From positions 73,277 through 137,276 of the forward strand of contig CAJWLU010000010.1 of NCBI GenBank assembly GCA_913043225.1: 64,000 nucleotides of DNA, given 5' to 3'. Under the pieces are notes generated by a model. It was not told the origin of the DNA, did no database searches, and saw only the letters and a program-made list of their open reading frames with translations. Shown here piece by piece: positions 39,780 to 49,691 of the stretch; position 1 is the first letter of the stretch, and each line of letters opens with the position of its first letter. Both the position numbers and the translations under genes were made by a program. The DNA is from an uncultured Acidobacteriota bacterium (lineage in GTDB: Bacteria > Acidobacteriota > Vicinamibacteria > Vicinamibacterales > UBA8438).

Positions 39780-41096
39780 ATGTATATCTCGAAGCTTTCG
39801 ATGCCGCGACGTACGTTCCTGCGGGGCGTCGGCACCGCGATGGCGCTCCCTCTCCTGGACGCGATGGTTCCGGCGCTGACGGCAACGGCGCAGACCGCCG
39901 CGAAACCGGTGAAGCGTTTCGGTGTCGTGTACGTCCCGAACGGTCTGACGATGGCCGCCTGGACGCCGAAAGCGACCGGGGCCGCATTCGAGCTGACGCC
40001 CATCTTGCAGCCGATGGCGCCATTTCAGGAACAGATGCTCCTCGTATCTGGCCTCAATGGCGCCGGTGGCTTCGGGCATACCGGCGCCTCGACGGAGTTC
40101 CTGACCGGCATCAAAGTGGGCACCCGCGATCCGGATGCCGCCGGGCCGTCAGTCGATCAGCTCATCGCGGCCGAGACCGGGAAGGAGACGCAGCTGGCGT
40201 CGCTCGAATTGTCGATCGATCCGCGCGACAACACCGGTACCTGCGATGGGCACAGCTGCGCGCTGAGCAACACCATCTCGTGGCGATCGTCGACGGTGCT
40301 GCTCCCGATGGAGAACGATCCCCGCGTCGTCTTCGAACGACTGTTTGGTGACAGTGGCACGACCGATCCCGCGGTGCGCCGGGAACGACTCCAGTTCGAT
40401 CGCAGCATCCTCGATTCGGTCACGACCGCTGCGGCGGACTTGCAGCGCGGCCTTGGCGAGGGCGACCGCCAGCGGATTGTCGAATACCTGGATTCGGTTC
40501 GAGACGTCGAGCGGCGGATTCAGCGCGCCACAGAGCAAAGCACGCGCGAGCTGCCCCTCGTCTCACAGCCCGATGGCATCCCGCAGCGGTTCGACGAACA
40601 TGCCGGGCTCATGTTCGACCTGCAGGCGCTGGCCTTCCAGAGCGACCTGACCCGCGTGTCGACCTTCATGCTGGGCCGCGAATTCAGCGCTCGGACGTTC
40701 CCCGAGATCGGCGTGTCCGAAGCGCACCATCCGCTCTCGCACCACCAGAACGTCCCGGGCCAGATCGAGAAGATCACGAAGGTCAATACGTATCAGATGA
40801 GCGTGTTTGCGTCGCATGTGGAGAAGCTGCGCTCCACGCCGGACGGCGACGGCTCGCTGCTCGACCACACCGTAATGCTGTATGGCGCCGGAATGAGCGA
40901 AGGCAACACGCACGACCACTCGAACCTGCCGCTGATGCTCGTGGGTGGAAAAGACCTCGTCCGCGGCGGCCGTCACCTGATGTTCGAGGGCGATCCTGCC
41001 GCGAATCTGTTGCTCTCGATCGCAGATAGGATGGATGTGCCGATCGAGCAGCTCGGGAACAGCCGCGGCAAGCTGGAGCTCGACACCCTGCTGTAG
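39780..41096 (+). CDS. DUF1552 (HxxSHH) protein with Tat-like N-terminus
   Basis: PRRTFLRG, YVPNG, SVDQ, HHPLSHH; in the typical position after DUF1592. Confidence 0.9.
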   Translation: MYISKLSMPRRTFLRGVGTAMALPLLDAMVPALTATAQTAAKPVKRFGVVYVPNGLTMAAWTPKATGAAFELTPILQPMAPFQEQMLLVSGLNGAGGFGHTGASTEFLTGIKVGTRDPDAAGPSVDQLIAAETGKETQLASLELSIDPRDNTGTCDGHSCALSNTISWRSSTVLLPMENDPRVVFERLFGDSGTTDPAVRRERLQFDRSILDSVTTAAADLQRGLGEGDRQRIVEYLDSVRDVERRIQRATEQSTRELPLVSQPDGIPQRFDEHAGLMFDLQALAFQSDLTRVSTFMLGREFSARTFPEIGVSEAHHPLSHHQNVPGQIEKITKVNTYQMSVFASHVEKLRSTPDGDGSLLDHTVMLYGAGMSEGNTHDHSNLPLMLVGGKDLVRGGRHLMFEGDPAANLLLSIADRMDVPIEQLGNSRGKLELDTLL

Positions 41097-41122
41097 CTCG
41101 CAACGACCGGTCGGCCGTACAT

Positions 41123-41260
41123 TCAGTCTCTTAGCCTGAACGCGTACAAGGCGTTGCCGCTCCGCGGGTGGCGAATCTCCGGCGCGAGCGACGCCGGGGA
41201 CAGCCGCGGGCTTCCGCCCCCAAGCCCCGTCGACACCACGACATACTGCGTGCCGCCACT
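41123..41260 (-). pseudogene. 3' remnant of a PQQ-dependent dehydrogenase gene
   Basis: The minus frame reads SGGTQYVVVSTGLGGGSPRLSPASLAPEIRHPRSGNALYAFRLRD*, resembling a PQQ-ADH C-terminus. The rest of the gene is absent. Confidence 0.65.
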
Positions 41261-41357
41261 GCGAGTGGCAACGGGGCAAGCCCGTGCTGCCACTGCTACG
41301 TCTGAGACCCACTTCGATGGCAGATACTACGCCCCCGCTCACGCGGGCGCATGAGCG

Positions 41358-42281
41358 TCAGCGCCCCACGAAATCCAGAAGAGCCGGCACGATTACCTCG
41401 TGTGCGTCTTCCTGGACGTAGTGACCAGCGTCTGGGATTCTCGTGACCTCGGCATCAGGAAACGTGGCTAACCACACCTCATCGAGCATTTCCGGGGTGA
41501 AGCCCCAGTCCTTCATGGCCCACATGATTCGCACAGGTTTGGTCCGGAAGTGTTCTTTTAGTTTCTCCTCGATGTCACCGTTCATGTCCGCCACCGGTCC
41601 TTCCGGACCTGATGGGATCTCACGGGGAAACACGAGGATGGCCGTTCGCGTCGACCATGACGGGTGCGGCGCGAGGTACGCCGCCTTGACATCGCTAGTA
41701 AAACGGTCGGCTTTGATGATCGCGAACGGGAGAAATACCCTCACGAACATATGGAGACCCTTCACCATCAGCTCGCCGATGCCGGCCGCACGGAACAACT
41801 TGAGCGGTGCGAGCAGCTTCACCGGCCCAGGAGGTCGATGGGTGATGGTATTGAGAATGAATAGCCCGCTGACCCGTTCCTGGTGACGAGTGGCCCACCA
41901 CAACGAGATCGGTCCGCCCCAGTCTTGGCACACCACAGTCGCATCGTGAAGGTCGAGCGACTCCAGCAGTTCGGTCATTCGGGCGGCGTGCTTGGGTACG
42001 GTGTAGAGTTTCGCGTCGTCGGGTTTGTCCGACCGACCGAAGCCGAGATGATCTGGCACGATCGCTCGGTGGCCCGCTTTTGCCAAGCTGTCTATGAAGT
42101 GTCGGTACAGGTAGCCCCACGTCGGATTACCGTGTACCAGCACGACGGGTTTGCCATCGGCCGGACCGACGTCGACGTAGTGCATCTGTCCATCCGCAGA
42201 CTCGAACCACTTCGGCTCGTAAGGCCAGGAACCACCGAACGTCCAATCAACGCCCACCGTGCCAGGATTACTGCGTTCCAT
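41358..42281 (-). CDS. Haloalkane dehalogenase/OleB-like alpha/beta hydrolase
   Basis: MHYVDVG, HGNPTWGYLYR, GFGRSDKP, QDWGG, AGHYVQED. Confidence 0.88.
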   Translation of the reverse strand: MERSNPGTVGVDWTFGGSWPYEPKWFESADGQMHYVDVGPADGKPVVLVHGNPTWGYLYRHFIDSLAKAGHRAIVPDHLGFGRSDKPDDAKLYTVPKHAARMTELLESLDLHDATVVCQDWGGPISLWWATRHQERVSGLFILNTITHRPPGPVKLLAPLKLFRAAGIGELMVKGLHMFVRVFLPFAIIKADRFTSDVKAAYLAPHPSWSTRTAILVFPREIPSGPEGPVADMNGDIEEKLKEHFRTKPVRIMWAMKDWGFTPEMLDEVWLATFPDAEVTRIPDAGHYVQEDAHEVIVPALLDFVGR

Positions 42282-42812
42282 GGGACACCGTGATAGCGAA
42301 TAGTCTTAAGCTCTGAGCGACACGTTTACCCACCATCTACATTTATGGTCACAACATTCGTAACGAAAGTCGACACCTAGTCGTTTGGGTGGCGCATTAC
42401 TGACAGCAGTCGCCAGTTGGGCTTGGGCGGGGCGCCCTTGCCGGTCTTGAACCACCGGACGGGCCCACAGTACAATCGAAGCACATTACATCGTCTCGGC
42501 CGGAGACAGTTCTATGATCGATTGTCTCCGGTCCGTCGCCGTATCGACGCTTCGCAGAAGCTACTGTGGAGGTATCTCGGCGTGGGCCGAGTATGAGGGT
42601 GCCGTCGTACAGGCCAGCCTGCAAAGCATGTTGGTCCGAGGCGAAGGGGTCTCTCGAGACGACACTTAAAGCATCGTTGCGAGTTGGCACGAACTGCCAG
42701 CATTTTGCTGGACGGGCGCGAGGTATCAGGTTCGGGACAGGACTCAATCTGGTTCGAAGGCTGGTTCAGAAACTTCGGTCAACGCGTTTCGATTTACGAG
42801 AGGGAAAAGGAA

Positions 42813-43196
42813 ATGTCAGATCCAGTTGGAGAGTTCAACCTAAAGAATACGGCCATTGGTTTCAATACGACTGCGGATGGTCAGCTTCAACAAACCGTGG
42901 ACTTTGAAGGTACAGCGACCGGTTTTGGTGGGGTCTTCGGAACCTTAATAATCACGCAACCGCTTGCCGAGGCGGGAGCGACCGGCGGACCGTGCGCATG
43001 GGCGGGGAAAGCGCTCCTCGACGACAACTCGATCTTGGGCGGCATCGGAGAAGGAACGTGGGAACAGATCGGTAGTGAGTCCCGGTTCAAGGTGTCGATG
43101 ATTATCAACATATCGGATGGTGGGAAGCTTCGCAGTGAGGGCGTGATTGACCACGGGGCACGCAGCTACAGCGGACACCTTTACGACGCGTCGTGA
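42813..43196 (+). CDS. Hypothetical small beta-barrel protein
   Basis: AAGGA-type RBS before ATG 42813. Gly-rich beta pattern; distant similarity to 50915-51298. Confidence 0.75.
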   Translation: MSDPVGEFNLKNTAIGFNTTADGQLQQTVDFEGTATGFGGVFGTLIITQPLAEAGATGGPCAWAGKALLDDNSILGGIGEGTWEQIGSESRFKVSMIINISDGGKLRSEGVIDHGARSYSGHLYDAS

Positions 43197-43289
43197 ATGC
43201 CGCGCAGGCGTGTCGTCTCTCGATGTCGGTTCCCGGCATTGATGTCGCCACGATCGGGTAGTGACGTCTTATTCACAAAGGAGAACAAC

Positions 43290-43580
43290 ATGAAGTTCCT
43301 CGTTACGTATTCCAGTGCCCCCAACGTCAGAGAAGAAGGCTACAAAGCGTTTGCTCAAATGTCTGATGCGGACGACGCTGCTGATCATCCAGGCGTGACC
43401 CTCATCGGTCGATGGCACAATCTTGGCCAGGGGTCTGGCGTCGCAATCTGCGAAAGTGATGATGCGGCAGCGGTTCATGCATGGGCATTCAACTGGAACA
43501 AGATCCTGGATGTTGACGTCGCCCCGGTGCTCGACGATGACGAGTGCAGATCTCTGGTCAGGGCCAAACTAGGACTCTAG
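43290..43580 (+). CDS. DUF3303-like small ferredoxin-fold protein
   Basis: AAGGAG RBS; MKFLVTY..GRWH..G.G.AICESDD...W...W..PVLDD. Confidence 0.78.
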   Translation: MKFLVTYSSAPNVREEGYKAFAQMSDADDAADHPGVTLIGRWHNLGQGSGVAICESDDAAAVHAWAFNWNKILDVDVAPVLDDDECRSLVRAKLGL

Positions 43581-44171
43581 CTGAGCGCTTATCGCCGGAA
43601 CCAATCGCTGCGGGACAAGCCGACCGGCCTGGCGTCGCTCGCCAACGACCACGAGATCTTGAAGGACTGAGTCGATCATTCGTCCGATCTGAATGGCCTG
43701 GTAACGCCGGCGTTCTTGCGCCGTTGTGCGACCGGCGAGCTCGATGTAGTCAGAACGCTAGTCACCAGCTGGCAGGACGTTCAGCAACCATGACGTCTGG
43801 TCTTTCAAGGGGGTAAGGGGAGCGAGGCCGGCTCGTCGTCGCTTGCGACCGCCTGGGCCACGACCGCGAAGTGACGAGGAACAAGGTGTTTGGCTGCAGG
43901 TCTAGCAGGCCAGAGTCACTCACTCCACCGCGAAGTGGAGGCGCTTGACCGGGCGATTGCCATTGTTGGTGGGAAGCCGTTACTAAGCTCGGTAATAGAT
44001 GGCGGACGACTGCAGCCGCCACACACTTAAGGGCGCTTAAGGCCTGGGCAGGTCGAAGCGTACTTGCGATGAATCGTCGGTTAATCCGTTCGGTAATTGT
44101 GTATGGCTGGCGCCAGTAAGTGGCTCTCCCTAGCGGAGGCATGAATCTGACAGAGCGGTGGGAGGCAGAAG

Positions 44172-44627
44172 ATGAGAGCAACGATCGCCACGGTATTCAT
44201 ATGTGTCATTGCTGCGTTTTCGGCGACGACAGCGTCGAGTCAGCAGTTGTCGCCTGATCAGCAAGAAGTATGGGAATTCATTGAGTCGTGCCAGGGTCGA
44301 TGGGGCAGTGAAGAATGGTTTGATTGCTTTCACGAAGACTTCGCTGGCTGGCTGTACACAGACTTAGTGCCGCGCACCAAGGACGGAGAGCGCAAGTTTT
44401 CACGCGCCTTGTTTGAGACAACCGAAACGCGGGTGCAGGACTTGCGACCGATTGCGATCCGCGTGCATGGAGATACGGCAGTCGCGCACTATTACTTGCA
44501 GACCGTGGTCAGAGGTCAGGACGGCCAGGATATCGAGGAACGAGTTCGGTTTACCGACGTGTTGATAAAAGAGAACGGCCTCTGGAGATGGATCGCTGAT
44601 CACGGTGGTCCGGTCATAGTGAAGTAA
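44172..44627 (+). CDS. Secreted NTF2/SnoaL-like (DUF4440) protein
   Basis: GGAGG RBS, signal peptide; IRVHGDTAVAHY, RFTDVLIKENGLWRWIADH. Confidence 0.8.
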   Translation: MRATIATVFICVIAAFSATTASSQQLSPDQQEVWEFIESCQGRWGSEEWFDCFHEDFAGWLYTDLVPRTKDGERKFSRALFETTETRVQDLRPIAIRVHGDTAVAHYYLQTVVRGQDGQDIEERVRFTDVLIKENGLWRWIADHGGPVIVK

Positions 44628-44647
44628 GTCGTCGAGGAACCGGAGCG

Positions 44648-45766
44648 ATGCGAACGGTTGCCAGAGCTGCGTTGAGCGCGATTGTCTTCGCGGTTGCGGC
44701 CTTCCCCGCAAAGCTGAGTCTGGCACAGCCAGTTGCTCTCAGCGATGAGGAAGTCATCGCGCGCACGATGGCCGTTATCGACTGGGCAATGGACAGGGAG
44801 GGTGCCGTCGGCTTGTCTGTCGCGCTTGCTCGAGGCGGAGATGTGCTTGTCGAAGAGGGCGCCGGCATCGCCGATCTTGAGTTCGGTATCCCAGCAGATC
44901 ATGAGACAGCCTTTCGGATTGGATCCCTGACCAAGCAGTTCACGGCGGCAGCGATCATGAAACTGGTTGAGCAGGACAAGCTGTCACTTGATAGTGACAT
45001 CAGCGACTATTTGCCGACCTTCGACAAGGGCCAACGTGAAATCACGATCCGACAATTGCTCAATCACACCTCTGGTGTGCCGAGCTACACGAGCCAACCG
45101 GAGTTTTTCCCGAAAGGATCGCCGCTGGACCTGACTCACGATGAGCTGCTTGAGTTCGTCAAGGGCGTTTCTTTCGATTTCGAGCCAGGAAAAGGTTGGA
45201 ATTATTCGAATACCGGTTACTACCTGCTCGGCATGATCATAGAGGCCGCTGGCGAGCGACCCTATCCTAGTTATGTCGACGAGGAGCTATTCGAGCCGCT
45301 CGGATTGACGCGGACGTTCTATGGCTCCGAGCGCACGGTCATCCCCAATCGAGCGCAGGGCTACGATTTCGATCAGGCTACGGGAACATACTTCAATGAT
45401 GCACTGATTTCGATGAATACGCCTGGCGCCGCCGGCGCATTGACGGCGTCAGCCGGAGATCTCGTGCGCTGGACCATCGCACTGACTGGCGGCCGCGCAG
45501 TAGAGCCAGAATCATACGAAGAAATGATTACGTCGACGGTGGAGACTGGTCAGGGGTCGGCGCGGTACGGTTTTGGCTTGATGATCGACGAAGCCAACGG
45601 CGTTAGAAGAATCTCGCACACTGGGGGCATTCCAGGGTTCAACAGCATACTGGCGACATTGCCAGATGCGGACGTTCACCTGGCCGTTATTTCGAATAGC
45701 AGCGCACTGTCTAGCGGTGTTGTAGTCGGGAGTATTGTCAGGGCCTTGAGATTGTCGGTGCCTTGA
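44648..45766 (+). CDS. Serine hydrolase, beta-lactamase class C/PBP family
   Basis: FRIGSLTK (SxxK), LLNHTSG, YSN, HTG; signal peptide. Confidence 0.9.
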   Translation: MRTVARAALSAIVFAVAAFPAKLSLAQPVALSDEEVIARTMAVIDWAMDREGAVGLSVALARGGDVLVEEGAGIADLEFGIPADHETAFRIGSLTKQFTAAAIMKLVEQDKLSLDSDISDYLPTFDKGQREITIRQLLNHTSGVPSYTSQPEFFPKGSPLDLTHDELLEFVKGVSFDFEPGKGWNYSNTGYYLLGMIIEAAGERPYPSYVDEELFEPLGLTRTFYGSERTVIPNRAQGYDFDQATGTYFNDALISMNTPGAAGALTASAGDLVRWTIALTGGRAVEPESYEEMITSTVETGQGSARYGFGLMIDEANGVRRISHTGGIPGFNSILATLPDADVHLAVISNSSALSSGVVVGSIVRALRLSVP

Positions 45767-45888
45767 GTTCCGCAGAGGCGGATCTACGGTTAGTCACGGT
45801 ACCCATCAGAGTGCCAGTACCGCCCCAGTTTCCCGTCGCGGATGGGGTGACTCCACCTCCGGTGTATCTCAGCCGCCAACGTCACAAG

Positions 45889-46240
45889 CTAAGCCCCCGT
45901 CCAACCACCGTCGACCAGATACATAGCACCATTGCAGTACGTCGATTCATCAGAACCCAAGAACAACGCCAAGTTGGCCGCTTCTCCGTTGCTGGCGTCT
46001 CTCTTCATTGGCACCATGCCTGAGAGTTGAGTTCGCAGTCCTAAGGGGTCCTCTGGAGACAGCTGGCTTTCCAGCGACGCGGTCATCCTGTTGTCGACCG
46101 GACCCGGCCCGATCACATTGACGCGAATACCTGCCTCGCCAAATTCAAGACACGCCGTCTTCACGAGACCGAACACAGCGTGCTTGCTTGCAATGCAAGG
46201 ACTAAGCCCAGGAAATCCAATCATTCCAGTGATTACGTGG
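45889..46240 (-). pseudogene. Truncated SDR oxidoreductase (C-terminal half)
   Basis: GIRVNVIGPGPVDN..FLGSDESTY.NG...VDGG. The N-terminal TGxxxGxG is missing, and the catalytic YxxxK reads CIASK. Confidence 0.75.
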
Positions 46241-46297
46241 AAGACGCCCGTGGCGTGAAAGCCCCGAGCGTCTTCCAAAGTCTAGCGTAACGTCTAC

Positions 46298-47029
46298 CTA
46301 ATTGCTTCGTTGGTGGATTAAGTACGATGCCCACAGCGAACCGATACTGCAGCTTATCGGGTTGTCAGGATTTTGTGGCTGGGTGTTCTGTTGAAGTCTG
46401 TCAAACGCCGCGCCAAATTCGGGGAAGCTCGGAAAAAACAATCTCATGCCCACCTGTGAGTTGAACGGGATGCTGGGTCCACCGAAGTTGCGGCTGACTA
46501 CCGCGGCGCCGGCACCGGCATTTTGTCCGAAAGCATTTGCCAAGGTCACCGCATCGGCAACAGTGGCACCATTTAAGTCACAGCCGAACGAAACGACAGC
46601 CGTCAATGGAGGTATAGACCCTGCTCCTCCAGGCGGAGGATTGGCGAATCTAACAGAAGATATCCTGACGTTCTCACTACAGGTAGCTACTCCGTTCAAG
46701 CCTCGGCGCCCATTGCTATCTGCCCGTTGCTGCAAGAAGTTGCCTCGCTTTTCGATCATATCTGAGAAGCTCGGGTAGTAAGCGTCAATGAGAAAGTCCC
46801 ACTCGGGACTATTTGCGGCAGCCACCTTGGATCGCATCATGACAGCGCCTGGAGCTGTGTCTTCAGACCACTCAAAGCTCCTCGCTGTCTCAACTACGTC
46901 TGCCATGGTATAGCCAGAGTTGATAGTGCAGGCCATTGTTCGTGTTGCAAGCACATTGCCCTGTGCGGACGCAAAAGATGCACCCAGACATAACGTCAAG
47001 GTTGTGGTAACGGTGATAACACTCTTCAT
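46298..47029 (-). CDS. Secreted 4-Cys two-repeat protein, paralog 1
   Basis: AAGGAG RBS, signal peptide; CTINSGYTMADVVETAR, YYPSFSDM, C..GSLW. Confidence 0.8.
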   Translation of the reverse strand: MKSVITVTTTLTLCLGASFASAQGNVLATRTMACTINSGYTMADVVETARSFEWSEDTAPGAVMMRSKVAAANSPEWDFLIDAYYPSFSDMIEKRGNFLQQRADSNGRRGLNGVATCSENVRISSVRFANPPPGGAGSIPPLTAVVSFGCDLNGATVADAVTLANAFGQNAGAGAAVVSRNFGGPSIPFNSQVGMRLFFPSFPEFGAAFDRLQQNTQPQNPDNPISCSIGSLWASYLIHQRSN

Positions 47030-47161
47030 GAAGTGGCTCCTTAATTGCTTAGTCAGTGATTGGGCAGAGCGGCGGCACGCTGTTGTTGGCGATGGCACAT
47101 AGTGCCCAAGCTCGTAGTCTTTTTTGCTAGATGAAATCTCGTTGTCCGAGAGTGGTGTTGT

Positions 47162-47192
47162 TGGTCAGCACTTGCGTGCAAAGTGCTGACCA
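47162..47192. repeat. Perfect 12-bp inverted repeat in an AT-richer divergent intergenic region
   Basis: TGGTCAGCACTT-gcgtgca-AAGTGCTGACCA. Confidence 0.75.
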
Positions 47193-47417
47193 GGGTCGAA
47201 TAAATAGAGAGTGAATCTATATTATAGCGCACTCTGTGCTTTGGTCGGCTGTCGGTGTTAGATAAGAGTTTTTAGAGTAGCTCGACGAAGCTAGACGCTG
47301 TTTTTACGACTGGGAGGCGGTGCACCTGTGGTAAGTCACCGGGCAGTCGCACCCCGCGAGGGTCTCACTGGGGCAGGCTAACGTCTCCTTGGCGGCTGCT
47401 GTTGAGCCCGTTAGGAT

Positions 47418-48116
47418 GTGGCATCGATGCGGCTATGGTCCCCCCAGCTTGTCTTCGCCCTGGTCGTCTTGACGGTCAGCTGTGGTTCAGAGAGCGGTAG
47501 CCCTACCGGCCCGTCGAGTGCGTTGGTCATCGGCGGTCCCTTTGCGGCCGAACTGGTGGCCTTCGACGCCCAAGACACTACTAATCCTTACCGGACCGGC
47601 GGAGTGGTGTTTCTGGGCAGTTCGTCGATCAGGTTCTGGGATCTAGATCGGTCGTTTCCTGGGCGCGACTATTTGAACCGCGGTTTTGGCGGCTCACAGA
47701 TCTCTGATGCACTCGAATACCTGGATCTGCTGGTGCTCCGCCACGAACCGGCAGTGGTGGTCTTTTACGCCGGGGACAACGACATCGCAGCGGGAAAGAA
47801 ACCGGCGCGCGTGGCGGCTGATTTCGAGATGCTCGTTGCACGGCTCCACGCGCGGATGCCGTCGACTCGGGTGTTGTTTCTTGCCATCAAACCGAGCCTG
47901 GCGCGGCTTAGCCTCCTCGAGGCGATGCAGGAGGCGAATGCCCTTGTTGCCGACGACTGCGCCACGGACGCCAGGTTGACCTACATCGATGTGCACACGC
48001 CGATGCTCGACAGCGACGGGCAGCCTCAGGCCCACTTGTTAGCTGATGACGGACTTCATCTGTCGGCGGCCGGTTATGCCCTATGGACTCAACTGGTGCG
48101 GCCACATGTGCCTTAG
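47418..48116 (+). CDS. SGNH/GDSL-family hydrolase, probable lipoprotein
   Basis: Lipobox-like LTVSC; FLGSSSIRFW, NRGFGGS, YAGDND, DGLH. Confidence 0.88.
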   Translation: MASMRLWSPQLVFALVVLTVSCGSESGSPTGPSSALVIGGPFAAELVAFDAQDTTNPYRTGGVVFLGSSSIRFWDLDRSFPGRDYLNRGFGGSQISDALEYLDLLVLRHEPAVVVFYAGDNDIAAGKKPARVAADFEMLVARLHARMPSTRVLFLAIKPSLARLSLLEAMQEANALVADDCATDARLTYIDVHTPMLDSDGQPQAHLLADDGLHLSAAGYALWTQLVRPHVP

Positions 48117-48174
48117 CGTGTCTTGATGACCCGGCGGTGCTTGCGAGCCGGTCGAGAGTGAATGTCTTTTTAAG

Positions 48175-48924
48175 TCAATTGCCTGGCTGATAGCCAAGGT
48201 CAGACCTATTCGTGTAGTTCACTATTTCGACATCCCGACACAGGCGGTTGACGCGGCCGATTAGCCCTTGCAGGTCACTGCCAAGTGCGGTCCCTGTCTT
48301 CTCGAGATCGGCGTCCAGGTCCTGACCGTCTCGTGCGAGGAACACAATAGTGAACGCAGGGCCTTTTGCGCCGAGTACTAGTTCACGGACCACCCTCCGG
48401 CCAGCGATGCCATGTTGTCTGTACAGCCCACGTATTTCTCTCAAGAGCTCGGCTACCTGCTGGGTCAAGCCAAACTTTGGGTATAGCACTACCTCACGCA
48501 CGACGCCAATCTCACCGGCTTCTACGCGCAATGTGTCAGGAATATAGCTAAGGTCGGGACGCGCTTGCCACACAGATCGATCAATCGACTCTATGAGGTC
48601 GGTCACACCTCTAGAATTCGTGCCGGCCGGCATGTCTGCGATCTCTTGGCGCCATGTACCGACGGATGCGAATGAATCGTCGAGGATCGTCTGGAATCGA
48701 TAATGGCTCCTGCTCTCATTCACTGCAGCAAGTCGGCCAAAACTGACTCCGCCTTCCGCCATGCGAGCTGTCCGCGCCTTGGACGCGGACTCGAACTCTG
48801 CAGTTACTCCAGGTGGAACGTGCACGTCCTCTCTTAGAACGAATTGAGCGCTGGCGCTTCCAGTAGCTGCAACCAAACACCCAAGAGTGAGCAGAAAAAC
48901 TGCAGAACGAGTACTGATCGTCAT
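48175..48924 (-). CDS. Secreted hypothetical protein (two ferredoxin-like/NIPSNAP-like repeats)
   Basis: Signal peptide; both halves end in RPDLSY / RSDLGY. Confidence 0.75.
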   Translation of the reverse strand: MTISTRSAVFLLTLGCLVAATGSASAQFVLREDVHVPPGVTAEFESASKARTARMAEGGVSFGRLAAVNESRSHYRFQTILDDSFASVGTWRQEIADMPAGTNSRGVTDLIESIDRSVWQARPDLSYIPDTLRVEAGEIGVVREVVLYPKFGLTQQVAELLREIRGLYRQHGIAGRRVVRELVLGAKGPAFTIVFLARDGQDLDADLEKTGTALGSDLQGLIGRVNRLCRDVEIVNYTNRSDLGYQPGN

Positions 48925-48954
48925 TGCTGTACCCCAAGCATCAACACGACGCCA

Positions 48955-49665
48955 TTAATTGTTACGAGCAAACACTAAGTGTGAGAGCCACAGCGATGGT
49001 GTGCTGCACGACATGTCTCCGCTCGGCCCTTGCGGGTTCTGCTGTAGACGATCCATGGCCTCACCAAAGCCCGTCGTGCTAGGGAAATAGACCCGCATCG
49101 CGACTGTTGATCCCATTTCCGTCCTTGCTCCACCAAACGTCGGCATCGCAACAGCGCCGCGTCCGCCGGTGGCTTGGCTAAGTCCCTCAGCCGCGGTCAT
49201 GGCATCAGCGAGTGTGGCTCCATTCATCTCGCAGCGAGCTACCGCTGTTGGGCTTTCCTGCGGGAGAGAGCCACCTGGTGGCACCGCAAACCTGACACTG
49301 GCGATAACCGCGCGCGGTGTACAGGTGGCAACGTCCGTAAAGCCACGGCCATTTCGTCCGCCTGGTCGATTTCGAAACGCGACGCGTTTCTCAACCAGGT
49401 CCGAATAACTGGGATAGTAAGAATCAAATATGAAGTCGTACTCAAAGTCCGCACTCACAGCAATCGCTTCTCTGAATATGACTACACCAGGGGCCGTGCT
49501 GTCTGACCACTCAAACGCCCTCGCGGTCTCAACAACGTCAGCCATGCTGTAGCCTGGATTAATGCTGCAAAATCGCATTCTCTGAGCGATGACGTTGTCT
49601 TGCGCAAAGACAGATGATGCCCACACGCTGAGAACTGCTGCCAAAAGCACCTGCCGCTTTACCAT
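48955..49665 (-). CDS. Secreted 4-Cys two-repeat protein, paralog 2
   Basis: Signal peptide; CSINPGYSMADVVETAR, YYPSYSDL, C..PSLW. Confidence 0.8.
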   Translation of the reverse strand: MVKRQVLLAAVLSVWASSVFAQDNVIAQRMRFCSINPGYSMADVVETARAFEWSDSTAPGVVIFREAIAVSADFEYDFIFDSYYPSYSDLVEKRVAFRNRPGGRNGRGFTDVATCTPRAVIASVRFAVPPGGSLPQESPTAVARCEMNGATLADAMTAAEGLSQATGGRGAVAMPTFGGARTEMGSTVAMRVYFPSTTGFGEAMDRLQQNPQGPSGDMSCSTPSLWLSHLVFARNN

Positions 49666-49691
49666 TGAAATATCCCTTCAGAGTCAACGAA

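Noticed and set aside
43600..44170. Coding remnants in the long intergenic gap
   Set aside because: No frame examined gave a recognisable motif.
44648..45766. Antibiotic-resistance beta-lactamase
   Set aside because: SxxK/YSN/HTG motifs fit the broad serine-hydrolase family; nothing indicates AmpC specificity.
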